This document shows, in pieces, positions 1-10,180 of a stretch of 64,000 nt of DNA. Numbering within the stretch: the stretch's first letter is position 1; every line of letters begins with the position of its first letter. The notes under the pieces were generated by a model. That model did not search any database. It saw only the letters and a list, made by a program, of their open reading frames with translations, and was not told the DNA's origin. The stretch covers positions 64,001 through 128,000 of the forward strand of contig CBDBPB010000007.1 of NCBI GenBank assembly GCA_965208615.1, given 5' to 3'. The DNA comes from Spirochaetota bacterium (lineage in GTDB: Bacteria > Spirochaetota > UBA6919 > CBDBPB01). A program made the position numbers and the translations under genes.

Positions 1-868
1 TCCAAAGAGGGTTGAATTAAAGCTTTACGATGAAATACCACATCTTATTGCTCCTGTTATTACCGAGGCTAAAAAGGCGGTAGTAGCTTTGAAGTGGGCT
101 GTTAATAACATGGAAGAGCGATATATACTTTTGGAGAAGTATAACTCTAGGGATATAAAAAGTTATAATAAAAAGTTGGCTGAGCTTAAGAAAAAACAAC
201 CTAACTATGTTTTAGACCCTCCATTAGAATACTTGACAATTATAGTGGATGAGTTTGCAGACTTGATGATGGTGTGTGGTAAAGAGGTTGAAGGATATGT
301 ATCCCGTTTAGCCGCTATGGCAAGGGCTGTTGGTATACATTTGGTATTAGCTACACAAAGGCCTTCGGTAGATGTTATTACTGGGTTGATTAAGGCTAAC
401 TTCCCAGCTAGGATTGCTTTTCAGGTATCCAGTAAAACAGAGTCGAGGATAATACTTGATTGCAATGGTGCTGAAAAGCTTTTGGGAAAAGGAGACTTTT
501 TATTTTCGGCTCCTGGAATAGGTGATAATAAAAGGATACAAGGGGTATTGCTTAAGGATGATGAAGTTTATGATATTACTTCCCGTTTAAAAAGTCAGGA
601 AAAACCTAACTATATTCCGGAACTTTTAGCCATTGAGGATACTGAAAGCATTAATACATTTACTATTGCTGATGAGCCGTTATTCAGGGAGGCCGTAGAG
701 ATTATTTTGGCTGATAGGAAGGTCTCTGCATCGTATTTACAAAGAAGGATGAGAATTGGCTATAATAGGGCAGCTAGGATTATAGAGCTTTTGGAGGAAG
801 AGGGTATAGTTAGTAGTTCTAAGGGTTCAAGGCCAAGAGATATTTTAATTGAGAGCTATGAGTTTTAA
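1..868 (+). CDS. ftsK: DNA translocase FtsK/SpoIIIE, C-terminal part (5' truncated by window edge)
   Basis: Frame is open from position 2 (PKRVELKLYDEIPHL...). Walker B IIVDEFADLM, ARAVGIHLVLATQRPSVDVITG, and gamma domain SASYLQRRMRIGYNRAARI. Confidence 0.97.
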   Translation, partial: PKRVELKLYDEIPHLIAPVITEAKKAVVALKWAVNNMEERYILLEKYNSRDIKSYNKKLAELKKKQPNYVLDPPLEYLTIIVDEFADLMMVCGKEVEGYVSRLAAMARAVGIHLVLATQRPSVDVITGLIKANFPARIAFQVSSKTESRIILDCNGAEKLLGKGDFLFSAPGIGDNKRIQGVLLKDDEVYDITSRLKSQEKPNYIPELLAIEDTESINTFTIADEPLFREAVEIILADRKVSASYLQRRMRIGYNRAARIIELLEEEGIVSSSKGSRPRDILIESYEF

Positions 869-999
869 ATTGCTTGTTTTAGTTATAAACTGTGTTATTG
901 TATAATTGACTTGCCTTATTTAAACATATCATATAAATTTATCTTTACAGAAATTAAAAATATGCTTAACTTTATTTGAAAATATAATAGGGTATCTTT

Positions 1000-1701
1000 A
1001 TGGTTGTCAGGTTTATTGTCTTTTTATTAATTATTTTAAGTGTTGAGTTAGGTTATGGTCTCACAACTGATAGCCTTATTAAACGGATAAATAACTTTTT
1101 TAAAAATATTCACTCTTATAACGGAGACTTTGAACTTCATGATGGAAAAAGCCTATCAAAGGGCTATTTTATGTTTAAGCAACCTCATTTTTTTAAGATG
1201 GTTTTTGCTAAAAAGGGTTCTGACGAAGAAAAAGTAAAGAGAATTATTTCTAATGGTACAACTTTGTGGATATATTATCCTAAAAGTCCTTTTGGACAAA
1301 TTGTAATTGAGCAGGATTTAAAAAGTGCATTGGAATCTTCTATTACTATTCCAGCCAAGTCATTGGGAATTAGAAGGCTTATTAGAGATTATAACATTCA
1401 ATTTGAGAACAATAATGCTGATCTTAGGAGTGTGGATAAGTTAGCGGATAAAGTTTATATTCTTGAGTTAAATGGAAAGAATAAAAATTATGGCTTTAAA
1501 AAGCTTTTTTTTTATGTTAGACAGGATGGCTTTATCGTTAAAACCGTTGCTATGGCCTATGATAAAGGGAATAGAAAGTTTATTTTTATTAGAAAGAACG
1601 TAGTTTTAAATAATAAAATTGCCGATAAAGAGTTTACACGTAAAGTACCAAAGGATGCTAAGGTTATTAGAAATCCTTTTGTATCCGGAAGAGGCTACTA
1701 G
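1000..1701 (+). CDS. lolA: Outer-membrane lipoprotein carrier protein, LolA family
   Basis: Signal peptide; G-x-F-x-F-K-x-P and IISNGTTLWIYYP motifs; usual position after ftsK. Confidence 0.75.
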   Translation: MVVRFIVFLLIILSVELGYGLTTDSLIKRINNFFKNIHSYNGDFELHDGKSLSKGYFMFKQPHFFKMVFAKKGSDEEKVKRIISNGTTLWIYYPKSPFGQIVIEQDLKSALESSITIPAKSLGIRRLIRDYNIQFENNNADLRSVDKLADKVYILELNGKNKNYGFKKLFFYVRQDGFIVKTVAMAYDKGNRKFIFIRKNVVLNNKIADKEFTRKVPKDAKVIRNPFVSGRGY

Positions 1702-1779
1702 TCATATTAATAAATAATGTGATAGGTTAGTTTAATAGAGTATTTAGAGGGGATAAAAAAATAATAGAGGGATACTCTA

Positions 1780-2118
1780 ATGGAACTAGTGGGAGATATA
1801 TTAAAATCTGAACGTAAAAAGAAAAATCTTAGTTTAAGTGATATTTCTAAAGAGACAAAAATATTAAAAAGACATCTTGAACAAATTGAAAATAATGACT
1901 TTACCAGCATAGGAGGACAAGTTTATACCGAAGGCTTTATTCGCCTATACGCTGCTGAATTGGATATTAATCCAAAAAAACTTATTGAATTATATCACAT
2001 TTATGGTTTACCAAAAATTGATGTCTTTATTGAAAAACAAAAAAAAACTTTTGAATGGAGATATTTACTCATTTTAATACAAATTATTATTGTTATATTG
2101 GTTTTACTGTATGAATAA
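1780..2118 (+). CDS. RodZ-like HTH membrane protein (short form)
   Basis: VGDILKSER...LSLSDISKETKI...LEQIEN...GFIRLYA HTH followed by one TM helix; ftsK-lolA-rodZ-rimO-pgsA synteny. Confidence 0.8.
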   Translation: MELVGDILKSERKKKNLSLSDISKETKILKRHLEQIENNDFTSIGGQVYTEGFIRLYAAELDINPKKLIELYHIYGLPKIDVFIEKQKKTFEWRYLLILIQIIIVILVLLYE

Positions 2119-3400
2119 GCTATATATAGAAACTTTAGGTTGTCCTAAGAACTGGGTGGATTCTGAACGTTTACTTGGTGGGTTAAAGAATATTACTATT
2201 ACATCTGATCCTAAAGAGGCAGAGACTATTATTGTAAATACTTGTAGTTTTATAAATAGTAGTAGGGTGGAGTCTATTGATAGTATTTTGGAGCTGGCTA
2301 AATTTAAAGAAACTGGACTTTGTAAAAAGTTTATTGTATCAGGATGTCTTGTAAGCTCCCATGAATCTGATTTGCGAAAAGAGTTATATGAAGTAGACTT
2401 TTTTCATAGTTCCAATAACTCTAAGGAGCTAATAGAGTTTTTAGATAATGATTCCTCCTTAGACAGAGATAATGAGCGACATTTTCTTAGAAGTAAAGGT
2501 AATAATTACTTAAAAATAGCAGAGGGATGTAATCATAACTGTACATTTTGTACTATTCCCCAGTTTAAGGGTAGGGTTTCTACTAGGAATAAGGATGAGC
2601 TTATTTCTGAGGTTGAAAAAATGGTATCTTCGGGCTTTGATGAGGTTACCTTGGTGGCTCAGGACCTTACCAGTTATGGAGTGGATACTGATGATCATAA
2701 TTTATGCTTATTATTACGTTCTTTGGTTAAGGTTAAGGGGCTTAAGTGGATTAGGTTGCTTTATTTGTATCCAACGTTGATAGATGATGAGCTTATTAAT
2801 ATAGTTAGCAATGAAGAGAAAATATGCAGATATTTTGATATACCATTGCAATATCTTGATGATAGAATTTTAAAGTCAATGGGAAGAACCGGGAATGTTA
2901 ATTTATATTGGGACTTAATTCAAAAAATTAGAGATAAAATTAAAGAAGTAGCTATTAGAACAACAATTATAGTTGGTTTTCCTGGAGAGAATGATGATAT
3001 TTTTAATTGTTTGATCAATGAGGTTAAACGATTTAGATTTGATTATTTAGGTGCATTTGAATATTCTCCTGAAGAGAGTACTAAGAGTTATTCATTGGCT
3101 AATCATGTTGATAGCAAGGTAAAGAGTTATAGACTTAATAAGCTTATGGAGAGTCAGGCTGGTGTATCTGCTAATCTTATTAAAAAGCGTATTGGTAAAA
3201 GTTATGAGGTCATTATTGAGGATGTTATTCCCAAAAAAGAAGATAATTTTAACTATTACATTGCCAGAAGTGAGTTTGAAGCCGCTGAGGTGGATGGTAA
3301 TATTGTTTTTAGTTCTGATATATCGCTTATACCTGGACAAAGGGTTAGGATTAGGGTTATAAGCTCATCCCAATATGATTTATATGGTATATTGTTATAG
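2111..3400 (+). CDS. rimO: Ribosomal protein S12 methylthiotransferase RimO
   Basis: TLGCPKNxVDSE, NTCSFI, radical SAM motif YLKIAEGCNHNCTFC and C-terminal TRAM domain (EVDG). ATG 2111 preferred over the TTG start at 2090. Confidence 0.95.
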   Translation: MNKLYIETLGCPKNWVDSERLLGGLKNITITSDPKEAETIIVNTCSFINSSRVESIDSILELAKFKETGLCKKFIVSGCLVSSHESDLRKELYEVDFFHSSNNSKELIEFLDNDSSLDRDNERHFLRSKGNNYLKIAEGCNHNCTFCTIPQFKGRVSTRNKDELISEVEKMVSSGFDEVTLVAQDLTSYGVDTDDHNLCLLLRSLVKVKGLKWIRLLYLYPTLIDDELINIVSNEEKICRYFDIPLQYLDDRILKSMGRTGNVNLYWDLIQKIRDKIKEVAIRTTIIVGFPGENDDIFNCLINEVKRFRFDYLGAFEYSPEESTKSYSLANHVDSKVKSYRLNKLMESQAGVSANLIKKRIGKSYEVIIEDVIPKKEDNFNYYIARSEFEAAEVDGNIVFSSDISLIPGQRVRIRVISSSQYDLYGILL

Positions 3401-3431
3401 CTAAATAAATAATAAACTATGGTAGAGTTTC

Positions 3432-4079
3432 ATGACATGGGCTAATTGGGTAACAATTTTAAGAATAGTTTTAATTATACCTTTTTTATATCTTTTATAT
3501 TTAAAGAATCCCAATTTTTTTAACATTTCTGAATTTACTGCAAAGTTACTGGCATTTAGTATATTTGTTGTTGCATCTTTTACTGATTTCCTTGATGGAT
3601 GGTTAGCCAGGTATTGGAATGAGTCAACTAGCTTGGGTAAGTTTTTGGATCCTTTAGCTGATAAGTTTTTGGTTATTAGTGCGTTTATTGCTTTTGTTCA
3701 ACTGGAAGGTGGTCTTATTCCTTTTTGGATGGTACTGCTTATTGTTATGAGAGAAATTCTTATTACTACTTTACGGCTTACTGCTCTTTCAAAGACTACT
3801 GAGTTTGAGACTATGACCTTAGGAAAGGCTAAAACTACTTCTCAGATGGTTACTATTATAGTTATATTAGGTTTTTTAGTTTTGAGGGCATACTATTATC
3901 CTCAGGATAGCTATACACCTCCTGTTTCTCTTTATCAATTTCTTGATGCATACTTTGAGAGCTTTGGATATTTTATCAAACATACCCCTCTTGCCTTAAT
4001 GTTTATAACCACTGTTTTAACTGTATCTTCGGGCATACGCTATTTAATTAAAAACAGGCTAATTATTTTAGGTGATTAA
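3432..4079 (+). CDS. pgsA: CDP-diacylglycerol--glycerol-3-phosphate 3-phosphatidyltransferase
   Basis: ANxVTxLR and TDFLDGWLAR...GKFLDPLADK CDP-alcohol phosphotransferase motif. Confidence 0.95.
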   Translation: MTWANWVTILRIVLIIPFLYLLYLKNPNFFNISEFTAKLLAFSIFVVASFTDFLDGWLARYWNESTSLGKFLDPLADKFLVISAFIAFVQLEGGLIPFWMVLLIVMREILITTLRLTALSKTTEFETMTLGKAKTTSQMVTIIVILGFLVLRAYYYPQDSYTPPVSLYQFLDAYFESFGYFIKHTPLALMFITTVLTVSSGIRYLIKNRLIILGD

Positions 4080-4575
4080 GGCAGAATTGAGAGTGGAATT
4101 AAACAGATTATTTTTGTTAATAGTTAAGTTCTTTGCTACAGGTGGATATATAGGTTTTATGCCCTATATGCCGGGTACTTTTGGCACATTACTTGGGGTT
4201 ATGCTATTTTTGTTTATATACTCAAGTTTTTTTTTATATGTATTGGTTAGTGTATTTTTAGTTTTATTTGGAATATGGATTAGTTCTGTTGCTGAAAGAG
4301 AGATCTTTAAGGTTAAGGATAGTCCAGAGATTGTTATTGATGAGGTTGTTGGTTTTCTTATTGCAATGGCCTTTATTGGCGATATTAACTTTTTTAGTGT
4401 TATTACCGGATTTATATTATTTAGGGCTTTTGATATTTTAAAACCTTATCCTATAAAACGTATTCAGAATATAGGGGGAGGGCTTGGGATCATGATAGAT
4501 GATATTATTGCTGGTATATATTCTAATATTTTATTGAGATTAGTTTTATTTATTGTTAGTTATCTTTTTAAATAG
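4072..4575 (+). CDS. pgpA: Phosphatidylglycerophosphatase A
   Basis: PGTFGT, DSPEIVIDEVVG, FRAFDILKPYPI and GIMIDDIIAG motifs. Confidence 0.95.
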   Translation: MIKAELRVELNRLFLLIVKFFATGGYIGFMPYMPGTFGTLLGVMLFLFIYSSFFLYVLVSVFLVLFGIWISSVAEREIFKVKDSPEIVIDEVVGFLIAMAFIGDINFFSVITGFILFRAFDILKPYPIKRIQNIGGGLGIMIDDIIAGIYSNILLRLVLFIVSYLFK

Positions 4576-4585
4576 TTTAGTAGTT

Positions 4586-4900
4586 ATGAAGATCAATCGT
4601 GAACAGTTTATTGCTGTTATTAGTTTATATATATTGCTTATTAGTTTATATTTTACTTTAGGTGGCTCTAATATTTATATGCCTTATCGTAGGAGCTTGA
4701 AAAAACCTTTAGTGAAATGGATAGAGGTTGAAATATTGGGTGCAGTTAGACGCCCAGGTGTTTATAAGGTTATTAAGGGTAGTCGTTTTAGTGATCTGGT
4801 AAAGAGAGCCGGAGGTTTTAGTAAGAGTGCTAAGATACCTGTTAATAACAAGAATTATTATTTAAAGGCTGGGCAAAGTTATTATATAAAAAAGAAATAG
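4586..4900 (+). CDS. SLBB-domain membrane protein (ComEA N-terminal-like, no HhH domain)
   Basis: N-terminal TM helix then VEILGAVRRPGVY...DLVKRAGGF. Confidence 0.7.
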   Translation: MKINREQFIAVISLYILLISLYFTLGGSNIYMPYRRSLKKPLVKWIEVEILGAVRRPGVYKVIKGSRFSDLVKRAGGFSKSAKIPVNNKNYYLKAGQSYYIKKK

Positions 4901-5023
4901 CTGTTAACACGTTTTAGAGTTGTTAAAATATTTGATACTTTTGTACTCTATTTAGATAGAGTAAATATACTGGTTTAGACTAATGATGAGGATAACATAG
5001 GTTTTTACTATGGGGTTTATATA

Positions 5024-6877
5024 ATGGATAAGTTAGAAGGCTTAAAAAAGAATACGACTGATGATTTTATCTCTGACATAAAGGATGTACCAGTTTTATC
5101 TTTTGATGAAGAGTTACTAAGTGACTTTGATGAACACTCTCTTTTAGGGGACTATGAAGAAGATTTAGATGAAAGTATTGTTTCAGATAAAATTGACTTA
5201 GCTTATGATAGGCTTGCTGAGGAAGAAATTGTTGATGAGGCTAAGGATGACTTTTCTTTAATTGATAATTATAATACTCATGATATGATTACATCGGATG
5301 ATGATTCTGTTGATAGTATAGTTAGTAGTATTGAAGAAGAGTTAAACATGGAGCTTGGTGTAGTAGTTGATGTAGTTACAGAAGAGCCTGATAGTAAAAA
5401 TGAAACTGAGGCACCTGCTATTTCTAATATAGCTTTAGAAAGCCATACTATTGAAGATATAGATAAAAAAGATGTTGGAGTAAAGGAAGATACTGGTGAT
5501 ATAATAATAGTAGAGGATGATACTGATGATATAGTAGAGGATGTATTTTCAAATTTTGTTTATTCTAAAGGGGTTAATAATATGGATACTGAAGATAATG
5601 AAATCAAATGGGTTAATGTGAGCTTAAGTGATGTTGTTGATAAGGAGTTGGATAGTGGTATAGTGGATGATGATATAGGCGTAGATATCGTTGATAAGGA
5701 GCTGGATAGTGGTATAGTGGATGATGATATAGGCGTAGATATTGTTGATAAGGAGTTGGATAGTGGTATAGTGGATGATGATATAGGCGTAGATATTGTT
5801 GATAAGGAGTTGGATAGTGGTATAGTGGATGATGATATAGGCGTAGATATCGTTGATAAGGAGTTGGATAGCGGTATAGTGGATGATGATATAGACGTGG
5901 ATATTGTTGATAAGGAGTTGGATAGTGGTACAGTGGATGATGATATAGACGTGGATATTGTTGATAAGGAGTTGGATAGTGGTACAGTGGATGATGATGT
6001 AAATGTGGATGTTGTTGATAATATAAAATCCTCTAAGGGCGACGGTTATATACCCGATGTAGTAGATAAAGAGGATAAAATAATGTTAGATGATGAAAGT
6101 GATATCCAAAAGTCGACTTTTAATAAAGAAAAAGATAAAGAGAGTAAAATGTATTCTGATGAGGTAAAGGCAGATAATAATATAAGTGAAGAGGCGTTAG
6201 AATATAGTTCATCGCAAGGGGATAGTAATGAGCCTCTAGTTAAAAATATAGTTATGGGTACTGTTGATGAAGATCTAAGTGAATCAGAGGTTAGCGATAC
6301 CGAAGATGAGGTTATTGTTTTAGAAGATGATATATTACTTTCTATTGATGAGTCTATATTAGAAGAGGTAGAAAAGACTTCAGTTACACCTATACAGGAA
6401 AATGATGATGTTCAACTAGAAGATGATACTGGTGTAGAGTCTGAGTTTTTAATTGATGAGCATCCTGAAGATGAGGAATATGATAAAGAGAGTGGTTTTG
6501 ATAATGTAATTGTTAATAAAGATGATGTCTCTGTGGATGAGGAAGTAACTAAAGCTGAAAAGCTATTAGAGGATAAAGTTTTAAGTGCTGCAAACGGTAT
6601 TGAGGTTGAAGAAGAAGAAGTTGTATCAATTAATGACATAGAAAAGACTGATAACATAGAAAAAGATGAATTAGATGTATATAGCAAAGGTCATGATAGA
6701 CTTGATGTTAAAGCTGATCGTTCAAATTTAATTGAGAACAAAAAAGAGGATATAAAGGAAGTCCTAAAGTATATAGATAGTCTTTTTGGAGACTTACCAA
6801 ATGAAAAAATAGAAGAATTTGCAAAGTCTAAGTATTATACTTTATATAACAAGTTGTTTAAAGACTTGGGGATTTAA
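5024..6877 (+). CDS. Highly acidic low-complexity protein with seven 18-aa tandem repeats and a helical C-terminal domain
   Basis: 617-aa D/E-rich ORF ending EVLKYIDSLFGDLPNEKIEEFAKSKYYTLYNKLFKDLGI. Confidence 0.8.
   Translation: MDKLEGLKKNTTDDFISDIKDVPVLSFDEELLSDFDEHSLLGDYEEDLDESIVSDKIDLAYDRLAEEEIVDEAKDDFSLIDNYNTHDMITSDDDSVDSIVSSIEEELNMELGVVVDVVTEEPDSKNETEAPAISNIALESHTIEDIDKKDVGVKEDTGDIIIVEDDTDDIVEDVFSNFVYSKGVNNMDTEDNEIKWVNVSLSDVVDKELDSGIVDDDIGVDIVDKELDSGIVDDDIGVDIVDKELDSGIVDDDIGVDIVDKELDSGIVDDDIGVDIVDKELDSGIVDDDIDVDIVDKELDSGTVDDDIDVDIVDKELDSGTVDDDVNVDVVDNIKSSKGDGYIPDVVDKEDKIMLDDESDIQKSTFNKEKDKESKMYSDEVKADNNISEEALEYSSSQGDSNEPLVKNIVMGTVDEDLSESEVSDTEDEVIVLEDDILLSIDESILEEVEKTSVTPIQENDDVQLEDDTGVESEFLIDEHPEDEEYDKESGFDNVIVNKDDVSVDEEVTKAEKLLEDKVLSAANGIEVEEEEVVSINDIEKTDNIEKDELDVYSKGHDRLDVKADRSNLIENKKEDIKEVLKYIDSLFGDLPNEKIEEFAKSKYYTLYNKLFKDLGI
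5636..6013 (+). repeat. In-frame tandem repeat, 7 x 54 bp (VDKELDSGIVDDDIGVDI)
   Basis: Unit gttgataaggagttggatagtggtatagtggatgatgatataggcgtagatat(c/t) read directly; units 5-7 are progressively more diverged. Confidence 0.97.
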
Positions 6878-6880
6878 AAA

Positions 6881-7693
6881 GTGCTTAGTCTAAGGGAAAA
6901 GGCAAGGTATATGAAAATGGGTTTTAGAGAAAAGGCTAGTTATGTTTTGCAAAAGAGTAATGACTCGAAGGATGATAATTTAAAAGTAAATGAAGAGTTT
7001 TTGGAGTCAGAAGTGGGCAGTGATAAGGCAGTAGAACAGCCTCCTATAAAGGATGAGGACACTTTAGACCAGATTACAAATACTGATTCTATTTATATAG
7101 GGGATAGGTTAGAGCATGAGAATAGTAAAATGCCGGATTATATTAGCGGATTATCTAGCTTAACCTCTTTTATTAAGCTGTTAGAAAAGGACTTTGAGGA
7201 TAAATCATCTATTACTTATAGTGATGCGACTAATATTTTAACCAAGCTTTTAAGGAAGTTAAACGAGTTGTTTGGCGTTGGAATGGCATCTATTCTAATT
7301 AATAATGCTGATAACAACTTAGAATCTTGTAGTACTATTGGTTTTACTGGTAATGAGAATAAAAAGTTTATTTTATCGAAAAGCGATAAACAACTAAGGG
7401 AGTTTTTTTATAAATGCGATACTACTTTTATAGATGGCTATAAAAATAACAATGAGATATCTAATGGACTAGCCGACAATATGACTAATGTTAGATTTTT
7501 TTTACTTTTGCCAATGGTTGTTCAAGGGCATTTCTTTGGAGCATTAAATATATTGAGTTTAGAAGACCAATCAGTAGAAAAGTTATCTAGTAAAGAGGTT
7601 GAGGTATTTTCTATTATTAGTTTTTTATTTAGTTCTATTTTGTATAGGCTTATTGGACATTTATCCAGCATTGATGAGCAGGATAAAGGTTGA
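6881..7693 (+). CDS. Hypothetical protein with probable C-terminal GAF-like domain
   Basis: ASILI...LLLPMVVQGHFFGALNI GAF-like pattern; starts 3 bp after the acidic-protein stop. Confidence 0.55.
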   Translation: MLSLREKARYMKMGFREKASYVLQKSNDSKDDNLKVNEEFLESEVGSDKAVEQPPIKDEDTLDQITNTDSIYIGDRLEHENSKMPDYISGLSSLTSFIKLLEKDFEDKSSITYSDATNILTKLLRKLNELFGVGMASILINNADNNLESCSTIGFTGNENKKFILSKSDKQLREFFYKCDTTFIDGYKNNNEISNGLADNMTNVRFFLLLPMVVQGHFFGALNILSLEDQSVEKLSSKEVEVFSIISFLFSSILYRLIGHLSSIDEQDKG

Positions 7694-7719
7694 TTTTAAG
7701 TTAGAGCTTCAAGTTTATT

Positions 7720-8505
7720 CTAAAGGCTCCTTTGGAATATAAACTCATTACATCCCGTTGGAACTAAAGCCTTATTTAACTTTATATGCTTAAAACCTAA
7801 ATTAGTTATGTAATTAATAACCTCATCCGCTGTTGCATACTCATAAGGATAGCCTCCCACCCAATCAATTACGTCATAAAAGAAATCCATTCCCCTGGAT
7901 TTATTTAAAGGATTCCCCTTTGTAACAACGAGCTTGGCTAAAAAGATTATGGGGAATAAAGAATATATATAAACATACTTGAAAACCTTTGGAGAACGAT
8001 TATATAGCCACTTTATAAAAAGCCAAATCAATGAAGACCAATGTCTATTATAAATTGATAAAACATAATAACCCTTTGAATTAACCAATTCTGAACTCTT
8101 TTTAATAGCAGACCACATATCCCCAGTATGGTGTAAAACACCCCATGAATGAACAACGTCATATAGCTTATTATGACTTTTAATCTGGCTAATAACTTTG
8201 TTATCCAAGATTGAGCCAGTTATAGTGGGTATATCCTTATCTTTTAATGAGTCAAACTTTTTTTTATTATAGTCAATAACCTCTTTAGATAATGGATTAA
8301 TATCAACTCCCAGAGGCTTAGCACCCATCTCCGTAGCAATAAGCAGTGATAACCCCTGACCAAACCCAATATCTAAAAAAGACCTATCCCTAATGTTAAT
8401 ATCAGCAAATAAATCCTTAAAAGCTATTTTTGCTTGATCAACCTTCTCTTTGGTTAATGCCTTATTAGAAAAGTTCTTCCAATTCTCTCCAAAGTTAAAT
8501 TGCAT
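7720..8505 (-). CDS. Class I SAM-dependent methyltransferase
   Basis: FLDIGFGQGLS motif I and YDVVHSWGVLHHTG. Confidence 0.9.
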   Translation of the reverse strand: MQFNFGENWKNFSNKALTKEKVDQAKIAFKDLFADINIRDRSFLDIGFGQGLSLLIATEMGAKPLGVDINPLSKEVIDYNKKKFDSLKDKDIPTITGSILDNKVISQIKSHNKLYDVVHSWGVLHHTGDMWSAIKKSSELVNSKGYYVLSIYNRHWSSLIWLFIKWLYNRSPKVFKYVYIYSLFPIIFLAKLVVTKGNPLNKSRGMDFFYDVIDWVGGYPYEYATADEVINYITNLGFKHIKLNKALVPTGCNEFIFQRSL

Positions 8506-8514
8506 ATATATCCC

Positions 8515-8718
8515 TTAAAAGTTAAGCTTAATTCTACCTATTATCCTTTCTAGATCACTAATCCTATTATTATACTCATCCAAAAGCTCACTAAGCAAAA
8601 TGGGCGAAATAGTAGATCGCTTATATTTATCCTTTGAGCATAATAATAATGCCTCTTGTATAGACTTTTTATATATTATACAATGGCCTTTATACTGTGA
8701 ACAAACCTCACAAAGCAT
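8515..8718 (-). CDS. Small Cys-containing hypothetical protein
   Basis: 67-aa ORF filling the gap between two same-strand genes and overlapping the upstream stop; CxxC...C...C. Confidence 0.45.
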   Translation of the reverse strand: MLCEVCSQYKGHCIIYKKSIQEALLLCSKDKYKRSTISPILLSELLDEYNNRISDLERIIGRIKLNF

Positions 8719-9904
8719 TTTTAACCTTCTGCTTAAATAAATTACCTAAGTCAAGTTCTTTATAGATTCCAGCAGAGGCAGGCATAACATCAACCGAAAG
8801 ATAAACCTTTCTCTTTTCAGGTAAAAAAACCATAGCCTGTATGTTCTGATCAGCTAAAGCAACTAATCCTAAAGTAGTTTTTATAGTGGATAAACTAATC
8901 CTAATCCCAAAAGTATTATGATAATTACTTACCATACTCATAATATTATACCTATAACCTTTATCAGAACTGGATAGCTTACCCTCTTCCTCAATAAAAT
9001 AGTTGGTGGCAAGTAGACTATGTCCAGTAAACCTTCTTATATTGGGCTTTCTGATAGGGGATAGCTCAAACACTAAAGCATTATTATTTGTATCAGCAAC
9101 GGTAAGGTTATTAGCAGAGGCAATATTAATAATCTTATTAAAGTATTTAACACTACCATTAACGGTCTTTTCTTTTTCTAAAAGCTCCCTAAAGGCAATA
9201 GTACTCGGTATATACGGCTTATAGTTCTTTTTACCGGTAGCACTAACAAGCATATTAGCCGTTAAACCATACTCATTCATGGCGGATACTGCACCAATAA
9301 GACCAGGCCAAGTTATAGATATAACCTTATTAGCGTTATCCGAGTGATATACAACAATTATATCATATTTATTAAGCACTCCCAAAGGATAAAAATCAAG
9401 ATTACGCCCCACCATTAATGTATTCTCTTCTGAATTAGCCTTCTTAACCACGAAAGTACTGCAGAACATATACTCCCTCATCTCTAAGAAGGTGTTGGCC
9501 AAGAGTATATGGTCATAAGGTATATTTGATGTTTCACTAATACCAAGCATCTCATCTAAATAACGCTTTGGTATAGTTTTCTCCATAGCATAAGCCTTTT
9601 TAAGAGCCTCTTTATACTTATCACTATGCTTTGGGAATAATTTCTTATGGAATAAATAACCATTTACTAATGCCCTAATCTGTTTAGCCGTAAGATAGCC
9701 TAAAGCCTTACCCATTTCTTTAGGCGTACCATATAGATGGACAATAGGTATACCCTTTTTGAACTCTAAATAAGACTTATTATATTTGCCTTTAGAAAAT
9801 GGATGTATAGGCTTGGCTGATAGCTTAGGCTCAGGACTAAATACAATACAAAATATACTAACAAGAATAATAATACTAAGCCCTGCCCATATAACCTTTT
9901 TCAT
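8708..9904 (-). CDS. C45-family Ntn hydrolase (acyltransferase/acid-ceramidase-like), membrane-anchored or exported
   Basis: Autoproteolytic Cys in F-C-S-T-F, GRNLDF, SAMNEYGL and ATNYF; N-terminal hydrophobic segment. Confidence 0.85.
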   Translation of the reverse strand: MKKVIWAGLSIIILVSIFCIVFSPEPKLSAKPIHPFSKGKYNKSYLEFKKGIPIVHLYGTPKEMGKALGYLTAKQIRALVNGYLFHKKLFPKHSDKYKEALKKAYAMEKTIPKRYLDEMLGISETSNIPYDHILLANTFLEMREYMFCSTFVVKKANSEENTLMVGRNLDFYPLGVLNKYDIIVVYHSDNANKVISITWPGLIGAVSAMNEYGLTANMLVSATGKKNYKPYIPSTIAFRELLEKEKTVNGSVKYFNKIINIASANNLTVADTNNNALVFELSPIRKPNIRRFTGHSLLATNYFIEEEGKLSSSDKGYRYNIMSMVSNYHNTFGIRISLSTIKTTLGLVALADQNIQAMVFLPEKRKVYLSVDVMPASAGIYKELDLGNLFKQKVKNAL

Positions 9905-9919
9905 AAAGCTTATCCTTGT

Positions 9920-10180
9920 CTACACCTTAAAAAGCTGTCTCATATCCTCACGGTTAAAGCCTCTACCAGGTGTATAAGGTTTTATCCACTGTCCATCAAG
10001 GTAGAAGTGGGGTATAGCCTTTTTACCAGTCTCTTTTTCTAAATAGTGAGCCGCCTCTTCGTTTTTATCTATATCCACCAAAGTATATGGTATTTTAAAC
10101 TCTTTCAAAAAAGATAATGCCCTCTTACAATCAGGACACCACGGTGTTGAATAAACTCTTAACTCTTTATAGTCTAACAC
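9920..10180 (-). CDS. Glutaredoxin-like protein (NrdH/mycoredoxin type)
   Basis: YSTPWCPDC active site and AIP cis-Pro motif. Confidence 0.85.
   Translation of the reverse strand: MLDYKELRVYSTPWCPDCKRALSFLKEFKIPYTLVDIDKNEEAAHYLEKETGKKAIPHFYLDGQWIKPYTPGRGFNREDMRQLFKV

Noticed and set aside
5636-6013. 54-bp array as CRISPR or iterons
   Set aside because: Head-to-tail units with no unique spacers, in frame within a protein.
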